The notes under the pieces: model-generated
What the model saw: the letters and a program-made list of their open reading frames with translations, nothing else
Database searches by the model: none
Told to the model about the DNA's origin: nothing
Part shown: piece after piece, positions 54,417-64,000 of the stretch
How positions within the stretch are numbered: the stretch's first letter is position 1
Layout of the letters: every line of letters starts with the position of its first letter
Translations under genes and position numbers: made by a program
NCBI RefSeq assembly: GCF_003334255.1
Contig: NZ_QOWU01000002.1
From: Escherichia coli
GTDB taxonomy: Bacteria > Pseudomonadota > Gammaproteobacteria > Enterobacterales > Enterobacteriaceae
DNA length: 64,000 nt
Reading direction: 5' to 3' (one strand)

Positions 54417-55532
54417 TCAGGCCGCCACTTCGGTGCGGTTACGTCCGGCTTTCTTTGCTTTGTAAAGCGCCAAATCTGCCGATTTCAACCACTCACGATA
54501 GTGACTCATTTGTGGGTTCAGCGGCGCAACCCCCACACTAATCCGTAAAGTTACCTGTGGCGTATTCGGCAAACGTAATGTATTTAGCCCTTCATGCACC
54601 CGTAACATGGCGGTAATGGCGCTCTCAGCTGGCGTACCGGACATGATTACTGCAAACTCATCGCCGCCAAACCGACCAATCACATCGCTACCGCGCAGGG
54701 TAATTTGTAACTGTCGGGTAAGCGCCACAATCGCTTCATCGCCCACATCATGGCCCCAGGTATCGTTGATGCTCTTGAAATGGTCGATATCGATAATCAG
54801 TAACGTTGCATCGCGATTATGCCGCCGACAGTTATCAAATTCATTGCGTAACATAGTTTCCCAATGACGTCGGTTATACACGCCCGTCATGCCGTCGCGG
54901 GTACTCATGACCTGCAACCTGCGTTTATGTTCCGCCAGTTTGGTTGCCGTCTGGTAGCTGACCCAGCCAAACAGCAGAGGATAAATGACAATAATGGGAA
55001 GGGAGAGCCACCATTCCAGCGGCGCACTATTGAACGACACGGTAATGCCCGTCAGCTCGAGGGTGACAAGGCAGGAAACCACCATCAACACCAGACCCGC
55101 GACAAACAGACGGGGGCCGCCTGCCCCCATCAAATTCAGACACATAATCATCAACATCGCGGTGGAAGGCAGCACGTTTACGCCCATTACGCCTACCCAC
55201 ATTCCCGCTAATACTGCATCGGTTTTTAAGTTGTAAATTTCCCGGCTAAGCGGATCGACGGCCCTGCTCGCTATCTGCCAGGCTAAATGCGGCCAGACGA
55301 ACGCCCAGCCGACCAACACCAGCCACCACCAGCCCGGCGGCGGGTGTGAAACCAGCGTTGAAGCAATCGGTAAGAACATGCCAGCCAGGCCAACCGCACG
55401 GGGTAGTCTGACGCGACGGGCGAAGCGCAGCCCGGACCGCTGATGTTCGTTTTGAGGAGTTAAAGGAGGTTCCTCCCCGTGCGCCGCCGCTTTTTTGAAA
55501 AAGTTTTCATCATTCATTATTTTTGGGAACAT
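54417..55532 (-). CDS. dgcC: Diguanylate cyclase DgcC (AdrA/YaiC), membrane MASE2 domain plus GGDEF domain
   Basis: 371-aa track ORF; hydrophobic N-terminal half, C-terminal GGDEF signature (RFGGDEFAV). Confidence 0.96.
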   Translation of the reverse strand: MFPKIMNDENFFKKAAAHGEEPPLTPQNEHQRSGLRFARRVRLPRAVGLAGMFLPIASTLVSHPPPGWWWLVLVGWAFVWPHLAWQIASRAVDPLSREIYNLKTDAVLAGMWVGVMGVNVLPSTAMLMIMCLNLMGAGGPRLFVAGLVLMVVSCLVTLELTGITVSFNSAPLEWWLSLPIIVIYPLLFGWVSYQTATKLAEHKRRLQVMSTRDGMTGVYNRRHWETMLRNEFDNCRRHNRDATLLIIDIDHFKSINDTWGHDVGDEAIVALTRQLQITLRGSDVIGRFGGDEFAVIMSGTPAESAITAMLRVHEGLNTLRLPNTPQVTLRISVGVAPLNPQMSHYREWLKSADLALYKAKKAGRNRTEVAA

Positions 55533-55633
55533 TCAGAAACAATTTTCCCAAATTATAGAGACGGAGCTAAAGGCAGAAGTATGATATTTCGGGTGAGCCA
55601 TTTTCGTAGCTCACCCGTTAGCACTATCAGGTA

Positions 55634-55954
55634 TCAGGCGGCTTTCTTGAGGCAGGCACTCATAAACTTATTACGATCATCACCTTTCAGAGATTGTTGT
55701 GTTGCTTGATTATTGCATTCGCGCATCTTTTGCTGCTGTGGCGTCAAACTTTTTTCGCCAGGCGCAGACTTGCTGTTCTTCAGGCAATCACTCATGTAGG
55801 TCTTACGAGCATCCCCTTTCAACGCCTGCGCCGTCGCCTGCTGATTACAGGAGGTCATACGCTGTTGTTGTGGGGTTAAAGTTCTCTCGGCAGCGCCGAC
55901 GGTGGTTAAAAAAACCAGACCGAAAAGCAAGGTAACCAGTAATGTTATTTTCAT
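55634..55954 (-). CDS. psiF: Phosphate starvation-inducible protein PsiF
   Basis: Track ORF 55634-55972 trimmed by 6 codons to ATG giving MKITLLVTLLFGLVFLTTVGAA (signal peptide); 106 aa; internally duplicated LTPQQQ...CN(Q/N)QAT...LKGD(A/D)R motif. Confidence 0.92.
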   Translation of the reverse strand: MKITLLVTLLFGLVFLTTVGAAERTLTPQQQRMTSCNQQATAQALKGDARKTYMSDCLKNSKSAPGEKSLTPQQQKMRECNNQATQQSLKGDDRNKFMSACLKKAA

Positions 55955-56028
55955 AGCACCATCCCTCTTCATGTTTTAACCATGAGCGTATGCGCCCGTG
56001 ATCTGCCATTAAGTCTGGTTGCTAACAG

Positions 56029-56066
56029 CAAAAAAACCACCCGGCAGCGAAAATTCACTGCCGGGC
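56029..56066 (-). terminator. Terminator-like hairpin between phoA and psiF
   Basis: On the sense strand CCCGGCAG-TGAATTTTCG-CTGCCGGG followed by TGGTTTTTTT, just after the phoA stop and about 70 nt before the psiF start. Confidence 0.6.
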
Positions 56067-56072
56067 GCGGTT

Positions 56073-57488
56073 TTATTTCAGCCCCAGAGCGGCTTTCATG
56101 GTGTAGAAGAGATCGGTCTGGTCGGTCAGTCCAACAACATTGGCGGCATGCGGGCCATACGCCGCAATACGCAACTGACTGCCGGTATGTTCTTGTGAAT
56201 CCTCTTCGGAGTTCCCGTAACTCATCACCATCACTGCGCCATCTTTGGTATTTAGCGCCTGGGTGAGGCCCGGAGCTTTGGTATCCGGCGCAACAATCTG
56301 GCTGGCGTGGGCGTGATCAGCGGTGACTATGACCAGCGTGTTACCCTCCTTTTTAGCGAATTCCAGCGCCCGTTGTACGGCTTCATCGAGATCGACCGTC
56401 TCGCCAATTTGCCCACAAGGATTCGCAGCATGATCCTGTTTATCGATTGACGCACCTTCAACTTGCAGGAAAAAGCCTTTCTCATTTTTACTCAACAATT
56501 CAATGGCTTTGTCGGTCATCTGCGCCAGGGTTGGTACACTGTCATTACGTTGCGGATTTGGCGTACAGGTGACTGCGGGCTTATCGATATTGCCATGGTA
56601 CGTTGCTTTCGGTCCTAGCCAGCGCACTGGCATATTGCCGTCAGCAAACAGGCCAAGCAGGGGTTTTTGCTGATTCGCTTCCGTCACCGAATTCAGTGAG
56701 GCAGCATCGCTCACCAACTGATAACCACGCGCCTGTGCCTGTTCACGCAGCGTTTTTCCCTGCCATTCACCAGCGGTTGCCGTTTCAGCAAAGGTTTTTG
56801 CGCCGCCGCCAAGCGTAACGTCGGCACGAGCGTTAAGCAGCTGTTCGGTAATCGATCCTTTTCCGCCTTTTTCCAGAGCGTTACCCGGACATTTTTCACT
56901 GGTCGCGCTCGGACCGTAGCATTTGCGCGAGGTCACATGTGCCACCAGCGCAGCGGGCGTGGCATCCTGCAACTCTGCGGTAGAAACGTTACCGGTCGCC
57001 AGACCTGCGGCTTTTGCCATTTCCAGAATCGTTGGGTGATCTTTTTCGTGAATATCGACGCCCAGCGCGCCGTTATAGGTTTTGACACCGGTTGACCAGG
57101 CGGTTGCTGATGCAGCCGAGTCGGTGACGTAGTCCGGTTTGCCGGTTTTTTTATTCAGCGCATAGTGAGTGTATTGCCCGGTAAGCGGTAAGGCATCTAT
57201 ACCTTTAAAAAAGCCGCCCGCACCTTCGGCATAATTACGTGCGGCAGTAATTTCCGAGTCCCCCATCCCATCGCCAATCAGCAAAATAATATTTTTTGCA
57301 GGTTTATCGCTAAGAGAATCACGCAGAGCGGCAGTCTGATCACCCGTTAAACGGCGAGCACCGCCGGGTGCAGTAATATCGCCCTGAGCAGCCCGGTTTT
57401 CCAGAACAGGCATTTCTGGTGTCCGGGCTTTTGTCACAGGGGTAAACAGTAACGGTAAGAGTGCCAGTGCAATAGTGCTTTGTTTCAC
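56073..57488 (-). CDS. phoA: Alkaline phosphatase
   Basis: Track ORF 56073-57557 trimmed by 23 codons to a GTG start giving (M)[31 protein letters not shown]; active-site region DSAASATAW; 471 aa; Pho box about 60 nt upstream. Confidence 0.93.
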   Translation of the reverse strand: MKQSTIALALLPLLFTPVTKARTPEMPVLENRAAQGDITAPGGARRLTGDQTAALRDSLSDKPAKNIILLIGDGMGDSEITAARNYAEGAGGFFKGIDALPLTGQYTHYALNKKTGKPDYVTDSAASATAWSTGVKTYNGALGVDIHEKDHPTILEMAKAAGLATGNVSTAELQDATPAALVAHVTSRKCYGPSATSEKCPGNALEKGGKGSITEQLLNARADVTLGGGAKTFAETATAGEWQGKTLREQAQARGYQLVSDAASLNSVTEANQQKPLLGLFADGNMPVRWLGPKATYHGNIDKPAVTCTPNPQRNDSVPTLAQMTDKAIELLSKNEKGFFLQVEGASIDKQDHAANPCGQIGETVDLDEAVQRALEFAKKEGNTLVIVTADHAHASQIVAPDTKAPGLTQALNTKDGAVMVMSYGNSEEDSQEHTGSQLRIAAYGPHAANVVGLTDQTDLFYTMKAALGLK

Positions 57489-57550
57489 TTTATTTTCTCC
57501 ATGTACAAATACATTAAAAAATAAAAACAAAGCGACTATAAGTCTCGGCC

Positions 57551-57568
57551 GTGACAACTTTATGACAG
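57551..57568 (-). promoter_or_regulatory. Pho box (PhoB binding site) in the phoA promoter
   Basis: Sense-strand CTGTCATAAAGTTGTCAC, a near-perfect Pho box, about 65-80 nt upstream of the phoA GTG. Confidence 0.75.
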
Positions 57569-57588
57569 CTGTTGAAAAGATTAACTTT

Positions 57589-57849
57589 TTACTGACGAGG
57601 ATGCTTCAATAACTTCTTTACGTAATCGCGCAGCAGCTCCGTATCGTCGTCAGGAATGCTGGCATCGGGCTTTACCTCGTACAGCGCCCCCTCTACCTGA
57701 TCAATCAACCGCTGTTGGTCATTTTGCGCCATATTGCGAAGCATTGCAGTGACGATAATCTCCAAAGCTTCTACCTGCGCACACAGTTCTTTCGACTCTT
57801 CTTCTTTTTGGGCAAGCTTAAATAACAACTCAGCAATGAGATTTTTCAT
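57589..57849 (-). CDS. iraP: Anti-adapter protein IraP
   Basis: 86-aa track [43 protein letters not shown]. Confidence 0.95.
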
Positions 57850-58311
57850 GTCTGTATTTCCTTATCCAAAGTATGGAGAAGTTAACATTATGTTTCACAA
57901 CTTCATAGTGTCTGGAAGTATTATTTTTATGACAAAGGAAATACTTTGCGCAAATATTTTTTGTTTGATTACCAGCGAAACGTTTCTCTTATTTAAATAA
58001 TTACCCACACAAAATATAGGCTTTTAATTATCAACCTTTATTATAAATAAAAGTTATGAAATATATTCTCTTCGTTAACTTATAATTAAGAGAAAAAAAC
58101 TCACCGCATGGCCATTTAAGCCAGGAATAAATTAGCTTCCCGTTCATCATTTTTGTGATCTTGCGCACATCTTTGAGATAACGCACTTTCTTCACCAGTA
58201 CGTTGCACGCTTTGTCAGCAGAAGATTGCAACAATCTTTCAGAAGGCCGCGAATCCCCCGTTTTGTCGTGGTAATGTATGCACTTTGTGTTAGACGGGAT
58301 AGGTTTTTAAG

Positions 58312-59406
58312 ATGGAAAAACTGCGGGTAGGAATCGTTTTTGGTGGTAAATCAGCGGAACATGAAGTGTCTCTGCAATCGGCAAAAAACATTGTCGATGC
58401 CATTGATAAAAGTCGCTTCGACGTTGTGCTGCTGGGCATTGATAAACAAGGGCAATGGCACGTCAGCGATGCCAGCAATTATCTGCTAAATGCAGACGAT
58501 CCTGCCCATATTGCGTTGCGCCCTTCGGCGACCAGCCTTGCGCAGGTGCCAGGTAAACATGAGCATCAGCTTATCGACGCGCAAAACGGTCAGCCGTTGC
58601 CGACGGTGGATGTCATTTTCCCGATTGTCCACGGTACGCTGGGCGAAGATGGTTCCTTGCAGGGAATGCTGCGGGTCGCCAATTTACCGTTTGTAGGTTC
58701 TGATGTTCTGGCTTCAGCAGCCTGTATGGACAAAGATGTCACCAAACGTCTGCTACGCGATGCCGGGCTGAACATTGCGCCATTTATTACCCTGACGCGC
58801 GCCAATCGTCACAACATTAGTTTTGCCGAAGTGGAGTCTAAACTGGGGTTACCACTGTTTGTAAAACCGGCTAATCAGGGCTCTTCTGTTGGTGTCAGCA
58901 AAGTAACCAGTGAAGAACAGTACGCAATTGCCGTCGATCTGGCGTTCGAGTTCGATCATAAAGTGATCGTTGAGCAAGGGATCAAAGGTCGTGAGATCGA
59001 ATGCGCAGTTCTGGGCAACGACAATCCGCAAGCCAGCACCTGTGGAGAGATCGTACTCACCAGCGATTTCTATGCCTACGACACCAAGTACATTGACGAA
59101 GATGGCGCGAAAGTGGTAGTTCCGGCAGCCATTGCGCCAGAAATCAACGATAAGATCCGGGCGATTGCCGTTCAGGCTTATCAAACGTTGGGATGCGCAG
59201 GCATGGCGCGTGTAGACGTGTTTTTAACCCCAGAGAACGAAGTGGTGATCAACGAGATCAACACCCTGCCTGGCTTCACTAATATCAGTATGTATCCGAA
59301 GCTGTGGCAAGCCAGCGGTCTGGGTTACACCGATCTGATCACACGTTTGATTGAACTGGCGCTGGAGCGTCACGCTGCGGATAACGCATTGAAAACCACA
59401 ATGTAA
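58312..59406 (+). CDS. ddlA: D-alanine--D-alanine ligase A
   Basis: 364-aa track [36 protein letters not shown]; ATP-grasp fold. Confidence 0.97.
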   Translation: MEKLRVGIVFGGKSAEHEVSLQSAKNIVDAIDKSRFDVVLLGIDKQGQWHVSDASNYLLNADDPAHIALRPSATSLAQVPGKHEHQLIDAQNGQPLPTVDVIFPIVHGTLGEDGSLQGMLRVANLPFVGSDVLASAACMDKDVTKRLLRDAGLNIAPFITLTRANRHNISFAEVESKLGLPLFVKPANQGSSVGVSKVTSEEQYAIAVDLAFEFDHKVIVEQGIKGREIECAVLGNDNPQASTCGEIVLTSDFYAYDTKYIDEDGAKVVVPAAIAPEINDKIRAIAVQAYQTLGCAGMARVDVFLTPENEVVINEINTLPGFTNISMYPKLWQASGLGYTDLITRLIELALERHAADNALKTTM

Positions 59407-59412
59407 TATTTT

Positions 59413-59445
59413 AACGCCCGATAATATTCTTATTGGGCGTTTTCA
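59413..59445 (+). terminator. Hairpin terminator downstream of ddlA, overlapping the yaiZ stop
   Basis: AACGCCC-loop-GGGCGTT followed by TTCAGTTTC. Confidence 0.5.
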
Positions 59446-59642
59446 GTTTCTTCATCGCGACGACGAATAATCAACCCCGCCAGCCAGAAACTAATCACCC
59501 ACGTCACCAGACCGACGGCATAGGTCTGCCAACCTTTTGCTTCAAATCCCAGTAACCCCACCACGCCATTAAGAATGAATATAAGGCCAATGGCGAACGC
59601 ATAGTAGTGCCAGTCACGGCGGATTTTTACAGGCAGATTCAT
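59430..59642 (-). CDS. yaiZ: Small membrane protein YaiZ
   Basis: Track ORF 59430-59774 trimmed by 44 codons to ATG giving MNLPVKIRRDWHYYAFAIGLIFILNGVVGLLGFEAKGW; 70 aa, two predicted TM helices. Confidence 0.85.
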   Translation of the reverse strand: MNLPVKIRRDWHYYAFAIGLIFILNGVVGLLGFEAKGWQTYAVGLVTWVISFWLAGLIIRRRDEETENAQ

Positions 59643-59901
59643 GGCAGCTCCGTTAACGAAAAACAACATCCTTGCATATTCTGCAACAACCGTCTGTGGT
59701 GTAGACAACATTTTCGTAATTGTTAATAAATTTAACTTAAGGTTGCCATTTTGTGACTCACAACGAAGATTCACGCTTCGGGAATATTCCCAACATCAAT
59801 TTACCATGATTCTGATATTGACAATCTAAATGACCTGTCAGACTTGCCATAAGCCGCTGGTATCACACCAGAAGAGAAGCAGATGACTTCCGGAGGTTTT
59901 T

Positions 59902-60210
59902 ATGGCTGATTTCACCCTGTCAAAATCGCTGTTTAGCGGAAAATATCGCAATGCCTCTTCAACGCCTGGCAACATTGCCTATGCGTTGTTTGTGCTGTTT
60001 TGCTTTTGGGCTGGGGCGCAATTGCTGAACCTGTTAGTGCATGCGCCCGGCGTCTATGAGCGTTTAATGCAGGTCCAGGAAACAGGTCGCCCACGGGTGG
60101 AAATTGGTTTAGGTGTCGGCACCATTTTCGGGCTGATCCCGTTTTTAGTAGGCTGCCTCATTTTTGCAGTGGTGGCGCTATGGCTGCACTGGCGACATCG
60201 CCGCCAGTAA
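59902..60210 (+). CDS. yaiY: Inner membrane protein YaiY
   Basis: 102-aa track [43 protein letters not shown]. Confidence 0.93.
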
Positions 60211-60220
60211 GTTTTACATT

Positions 60221-60256
60221 GTCAGATGCGGCCTGAAACGCCTTATCTGGCCTGAC
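60221..60256. repeat. REP-like palindromic unit between convergent yaiY and yaiW
   Basis: GTCAGATGCGGCCTGAAACGCCTTATCTGGCCTGAC. Confidence 0.5.
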
Positions 60257-60268
60257 ATTCCTGTTTGA

Positions 60269-61363
60269 TCACTGTTTCATACAACGCGCCCGCCGTTCGT
60301 CTACGCGCTTCGCAAACCAGGCCGTAGTCAGGTTGCGGGTGATTTTCGGGCTTTCCAGTTGAATGCCAGGCAACATTTCGCGGGGGAGTGATTTACCCGT
60401 TTTCGTTTCGGCAAGTTGATAAACTTTCTTGTACAGCGCCGTCTCCTCAAAAGAGAAGCTGTCACCTTTCTCTAACTGACGGCGAATTTCGCTGTCGCTC
60501 ATCCCCAGTTTTGCAGCCAGTTTGCGCGTTGCCAGTTCGGTTTTCCCGGGTTCTTTACTGTCGTAACGAATTAAATCACCGTCCAGTGCCAGCTTCACGC
60601 CGCTGGCCTTACTGACCGCGTTCTGAAACGCGGCATTACGGCTGGCGTACCAGCCAGCGTTAAAATCAGCAAAACGGTATATCGGTGCGCTATAACTGGC
60701 GGGATAATTCAGTAAATGGTAAGTACCAAACCACAACCCGCCGCGGCGACTGAAGACTTCCTGACGGACTGTACCGTCCATTTTCCACGGATACCCTTTG
60801 GTATGCTGTTCGGCAAAAGCAATGCTGACCTGCATCGGCCCACCGGTGCGCACCGGATTGAGCGAACCAAACAGCGTCTGCCCCATTGGCACCATGTTGA
60901 TCAGATCGTCAAAAATCGCGCTCAATTGCTTTTCTGTACGCACCGAATCTAACCGTTCGCTATAACTTTTGCCGTTTGGCGATTTGATTTTTAGCGCGGT
61001 ATGAACCAGAAAAGCAGGAATGTGCATCCGTTCAGCACGACGGTCAATCTCTTGCCAGGCGATCTTGCTTAAGCCCGGAACGGCCGGATCTGCCTGATAA
61101 TTTGACTCCTGCTGCGCCACCGCCAGCACCGAGCAGACGTTTTCCAGCGTCGGTGCCAGCCCCTGACTTTCAAAGGTGGTGGCGAGATCTTTCGCCCAGG
61201 CATCGCGGTCTTTCACGCTCGCAGGCATCTTCTGCCGCACGACGCTCGCTACATCTATCGCTTTTTCGCCCTTTTTCAACGGTTGCGGAGCCTGACTACT
61301 ACACCCCGCTAAAACCAGAACCGCCAACAATGACAGCGAAGATAGAGGATTGACGCGCGACAT
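60269..61363 (-). CDS. yaiW: Lipoprotein YaiW
   Basis: 364-aa track ORF MSRVNPLSSLSLLAVLVLAGCSS (signal peptide plus lipobox); immediately downstream of sbmA. Confidence 0.95.
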   Translation of the reverse strand: MSRVNPLSSLSLLAVLVLAGCSSQAPQPLKKGEKAIDVASVVRQKMPASVKDRDAWAKDLATTFESQGLAPTLENVCSVLAVAQQESNYQADPAVPGLSKIAWQEIDRRAERMHIPAFLVHTALKIKSPNGKSYSERLDSVRTEKQLSAIFDDLINMVPMGQTLFGSLNPVRTGGPMQVSIAFAEQHTKGYPWKMDGTVRQEVFSRRGGLWFGTYHLLNYPASYSAPIYRFADFNAGWYASRNAAFQNAVSKASGVKLALDGDLIRYDSKEPGKTELATRKLAAKLGMSDSEIRRQLEKGDSFSFEETALYKKVYQLAETKTGKSLPREMLPGIQLESPKITRNLTTAWFAKRVDERRARCMKQ

Positions 61364-61375
61364 TACTTCTCCTTT

Positions 61376-62596
61376 TTAGCTCAAGGTATGGGTTACTTCC
61401 TGAATTTTGTCACCATCCAGCTCATGTTCAAAGCTGCGCAGACGTTTGTAGATAGACATCAACTCAACCAGTGTGGTCCATGAGTTAATCAGGTACTGGA
61501 AAGCACCGCGAACCTGACCAAAAACGTTGGTAATCTGCGTCATCAGGCCGAGCGTAATCGTACCGGCAACAATTGACGGAAACAGCAAGAACAAACCGAA
61601 AACGTTATCGACCTGCAAATAGAGAATGCGGGCGATGTTGAAATACATATAGTGAAAATAGAGGCGGAAATAGTTTTTCCGTACGGCGCTAAACAGCTCG
61701 CGTACCGTAGGCGGCGTCGCGCGCGTGGCATCGTCTTCACCATAAACCAGCTCTTTACGGTAGGCAGCCTCTACACGCTGGTTTTTAAACTCCAGCCCCG
61801 GCAGTTTGATCCCTACCACTGCCAGCAATCCGGTCCCCATCAGCGACCAGACGATTGTGGCAATCACCAGACCATACGGAATGTGCCCGATAATCGGCAG
61901 CTCCGGCACATGCGCGGAGAGCGTTACCAGCACCGGCAGGAAGGCGATCAACGTCATGATGGCGTTGATAAAACTGACGCCCATATTCTCCAGCGTTGAA
62001 GCAAAACGCATGGTGTCTTCCTGCACACGCTGTGCGGCCCCTTCGATATGACGCAGTTGTTGCCAGTTCGCCATGTAATATTCGTTCATCGCTGTACGCC
62101 AGCGGAACACGTAGTGACTGACAAAGAAGTTGTTCAGCACACTGATCACCACAGCGATCAGCGCAATCCCCAGAAAGACGCCCACTTCGCGGTAAAATTG
62201 TTCGATGGTGACTTTATGCGGCGAACTTAGCGCGGTTTGAATCAGATCATAGAACGGCGCATACCAGGCGTTGACGGCGACCCCGACTTCCACCAAAAAC
62301 CAGGTGACGAAGATGATCAGTGCAGTACCGAGTATTGACCAGTATTGCCAACGATGCGGGCTGTAGATAAACCAGAACAATGCAAAAAGTCCTACGCAAA
62401 CAATGTAGTAAGCGTAAAAAATCAGGAAATCCAACGACCAGAAACGCGCGGCGCTAATCGGGATCTGCCCGGAAGCGCCGGTGATACGCGCCACCCAGTC
62501 ACCCCCACCGGCTTGCCAGAAGATAACGGCAATCAATGCCCAAACGAAGGCCGAGAGAAAAAACGTTCCCGGCTTTGGGAAAAAAGACTTAAACAT
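61376..62596 (-). CDS. sbmA: Peptide antibiotic transporter SbmA
   Basis: Track ORF begins GTG-CAT-ATG ([19 protein letters not shown]); trimmed to the ATG, 406 aa; multi-pass membrane protein. Confidence 0.93.
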   Translation of the reverse strand: MFKSFFPKPGTFFLSAFVWALIAVIFWQAGGGDWVARITGASGQIPISAARFWSLDFLIFYAYYIVCVGLFALFWFIYSPHRWQYWSILGTALIIFVTWFLVEVGVAVNAWYAPFYDLIQTALSSPHKVTIEQFYREVGVFLGIALIAVVISVLNNFFVSHYVFRWRTAMNEYYMANWQQLRHIEGAAQRVQEDTMRFASTLENMGVSFINAIMTLIAFLPVLVTLSAHVPELPIIGHIPYGLVIATIVWSLMGTGLLAVVGIKLPGLEFKNQRVEAAYRKELVYGEDDATRATPPTVRELFSAVRKNYFRLYFHYMYFNIARILYLQVDNVFGLFLLFPSIVAGTITLGLMTQITNVFGQVRGAFQYLINSWTTLVELMSIYKRLRSFEHELDGDKIQEVTHTLS

Positions 62597-62947
62597 ATGC
62601 ACTCCTGCTAACTTCTTATCGTTTTAACAACTGCTGTGTATTAACCGCATGACCGCTACAAAGCGTCAGCCAAATGAAACCGCCCATTGTGACCCATAGC
62701 AAGGCGCTTAGTTCGCCAGCCTGACCATAAGAATTGTTTCGACGGATTTCACAAACCAAAGATTGTTTACATAAGCGGATTAACACGCGCAGGATCACAA
62801 ATGCAGGCATTGGTGAGCAGGAAAAAGATCGTGTTTACGCGCCGTTACGTTTTTAACACTATTATTGCACTAATTCGCCCTTTGCAATCTATCAATGAGT
62901 AGTATAAATACGCTCAGTTACCTTCATTCAATCTATGGACACCACCG

Positions 62948-64000
62948 TTGAAACGTAGTCTGCTTTTTTCTGCCGTGCTGTGTGCGGCGTCATTGACCTC
63001 CGTCCATGCGGCGCAGCCGATCACTGAACCGGAGTTTGCCTCTGATATTGTCGATCGTTATGCCGATCATATTTTTTACGGCAGCGGTGCCACGGGGATG
63101 GCTCTGGTTGTTATCGACGGTAACCAGCGCGTCTTTCGCAGTTATGGCGAAACGCGACCTGGTAATAACGTTCGCCCGCAGCTGGATTCGGTCGTGCGTA
63201 TTGCTTCCCTCACCAAGCTAATGACCAGTGAGATGCTGGTGAAATTGCTCGACCAGGGGACCGTGAAGTTAAACGATCCGCTAAGTAAATATGCTCCGCC
63301 AGGCGCACGCGTGCCAACCTACAATGGGACGCCCATTACGCTGGTCAATCTGGCAACCCATACCAGCGCCCTGCCCCGTGAACAGCCCGGTGGCGCGGCA
63401 CATCGTCCGGTGTTTGTCTGGCCAACGCGCGAGCAACGCTGGAAATACCTTTCTACGGCGAAGCTGAAAGCCGCGCCAGGCAGTCAGGCGGCGTACTCTA
63501 ACCTTGCGTTCGACCTGCTGGCAGATGCACTGGCGAATGCGTCCGGCAAGCCTTATACCCAGTTGTTTGAAGAGCAGATTACCCGTCCATTGGGGATGAA
63601 AGACACCACCTACACCCCCTCACCGGATCAGTGCCGCCGTTTAATGGTTGCTGAGCGCGGTGCCAGTCCGTGCAATAACACGCTGGCGGCAATTGGCAGC
63701 GGCGGCGTCTATTCCACGCCTGGCGATATGATGCGCTGGATGCAGCAGTATTTGTCATCTGATTTTTATCAGCGCAGTAACCAGGCAGATCGCATGCAGA
63801 CGTTGATTTATCAGCGCGCGCAGTTTACGAAAGTGATTGGCATGGATGTCCCCGGCAAAGCGGATGCGCTTGGTTTAGGTTGGGTATATATGGCCCCGAA
63901 AGAGGGTCGTCCGGGGATTATTCAGAAGACAGGCGGTGGTGGCGGTTTCATTACCTATATGGCGATGATCCCGCAGAAGAATATTGGCGCGTTTGTGGTG
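62948..64000 (+). CDS. ampH: Penicillin-binding protein AmpH (class C beta-lactamase fold), N-terminal 351 codons; gene continues beyond window end
   Basis: TTG at 62948 followed in frame by KRSLLFSAVLCAASLTSVHA (signal peptide) and the SxxK active-site motif (IASLTKLMT); frame open to 64000; in-frame stop at 62900-62902 with no ATG in between; not in ORF track because open-ended. Confidence 0.88.
   Translation, partial: MKRSLLFSAVLCAASLTSVHAAQPITEPEFASDIVDRYADHIFYGSGATGMALVVIDGNQRVFRSYGETRPGNNVRPQLDSVVRIASLTKLMTSEMLVKLLDQGTVKLNDPLSKYAPPGARVPTYNGTPITLVNLATHTSALPREQPGGAAHRPVFVWPTREQRWKYLSTAKLKAAPGSQAAYSNLAFDLLADALANASGKPYTQLFEEQITRPLGMKDTTYTPSPDQCRRLMVAERGASPCNNTLAAIGSGGVYSTPGDMMRWMQQYLSSDFYQRSNQADRMQTLIYQRAQFTKVIGMDVPGKADALGLGWVYMAPKEGRPGIIQKTGGGGGFITYMAMIPQKNIGAFVV

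Noticed and set aside
58031-58234. 67-codon minus-strand ORF in the iraP-ddlA spacer
   Set aside because: Extremely AT-rich, K/I/Y/F-biased translation typical of random ORFs in AT-rich promoter DNA.

Overview
This window is ordinary, densely packed Escherichia coli chromosomal core, collinear gene-for-gene with the K-12 lon-to-ampH interval and presented as the reverse complement of the conventional map. I do not see an undescribed system here. I place 63 protein-coding genes: 61 complete, plus lon and ampH truncated by the window edges. All but one are recognised by N-terminal sequence, diagnostic motifs and exact length agreement with the known protein. Recognition is from memory, not from a database search. 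In order they are lon, clpX, clpP, tig, bolA, yajG, ampG, cyoABCDE, yajR, yajQ, panE, yajL, thiI, xseB, ispA, dxs, yajO, pgpA, thiL, nusB, ribH, ribD, nrdR, yajI, tsx, yajD, secF, secD, yajC, tgt, queA, acpH, malZ, proY, brnQ, phoR, phoB, sbcD, sbcC, araJ, mak, rdgC, one hypothetical ORF, ppnP, aroM, yaiA, aroL, yaiI, proC, dgcC, psiF, phoA, iraP, ddlA, yaiZ, yaiY, yaiW, sbmA and ampH. The supplied ORF track gives maximal ORFs (ATG, GTG or TTG), so I trimmed about 25 N-termini to the start that reproduces the known protein. Non-coding content is REP/BIME palindromes at gene 3' junctions, one ERIC/IRU repeat between dxs and yajO, two canonical Pho boxes, sigma-32-type promoters for lon and clpP, and several intrinsic terminators. 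I found no rRNA or tRNA genes, no CRISPR array, no IS element, transposase or integrase, no prophage or defence-like cargo, and no unassigned multi-gene block. The points most worth a second look are small: an ERIC variant abutting the yajO start, an AT-rich weakly coding patch between rdgC and ppnP, direct repeats in the brnQ-phoR spacer, and a hairpin between phoA and psiF. CDS coordinates are derived arithmetically from the ORF track and include the stop codon. Motif and repeat coordinates were read by eye and may be off by a few bases.
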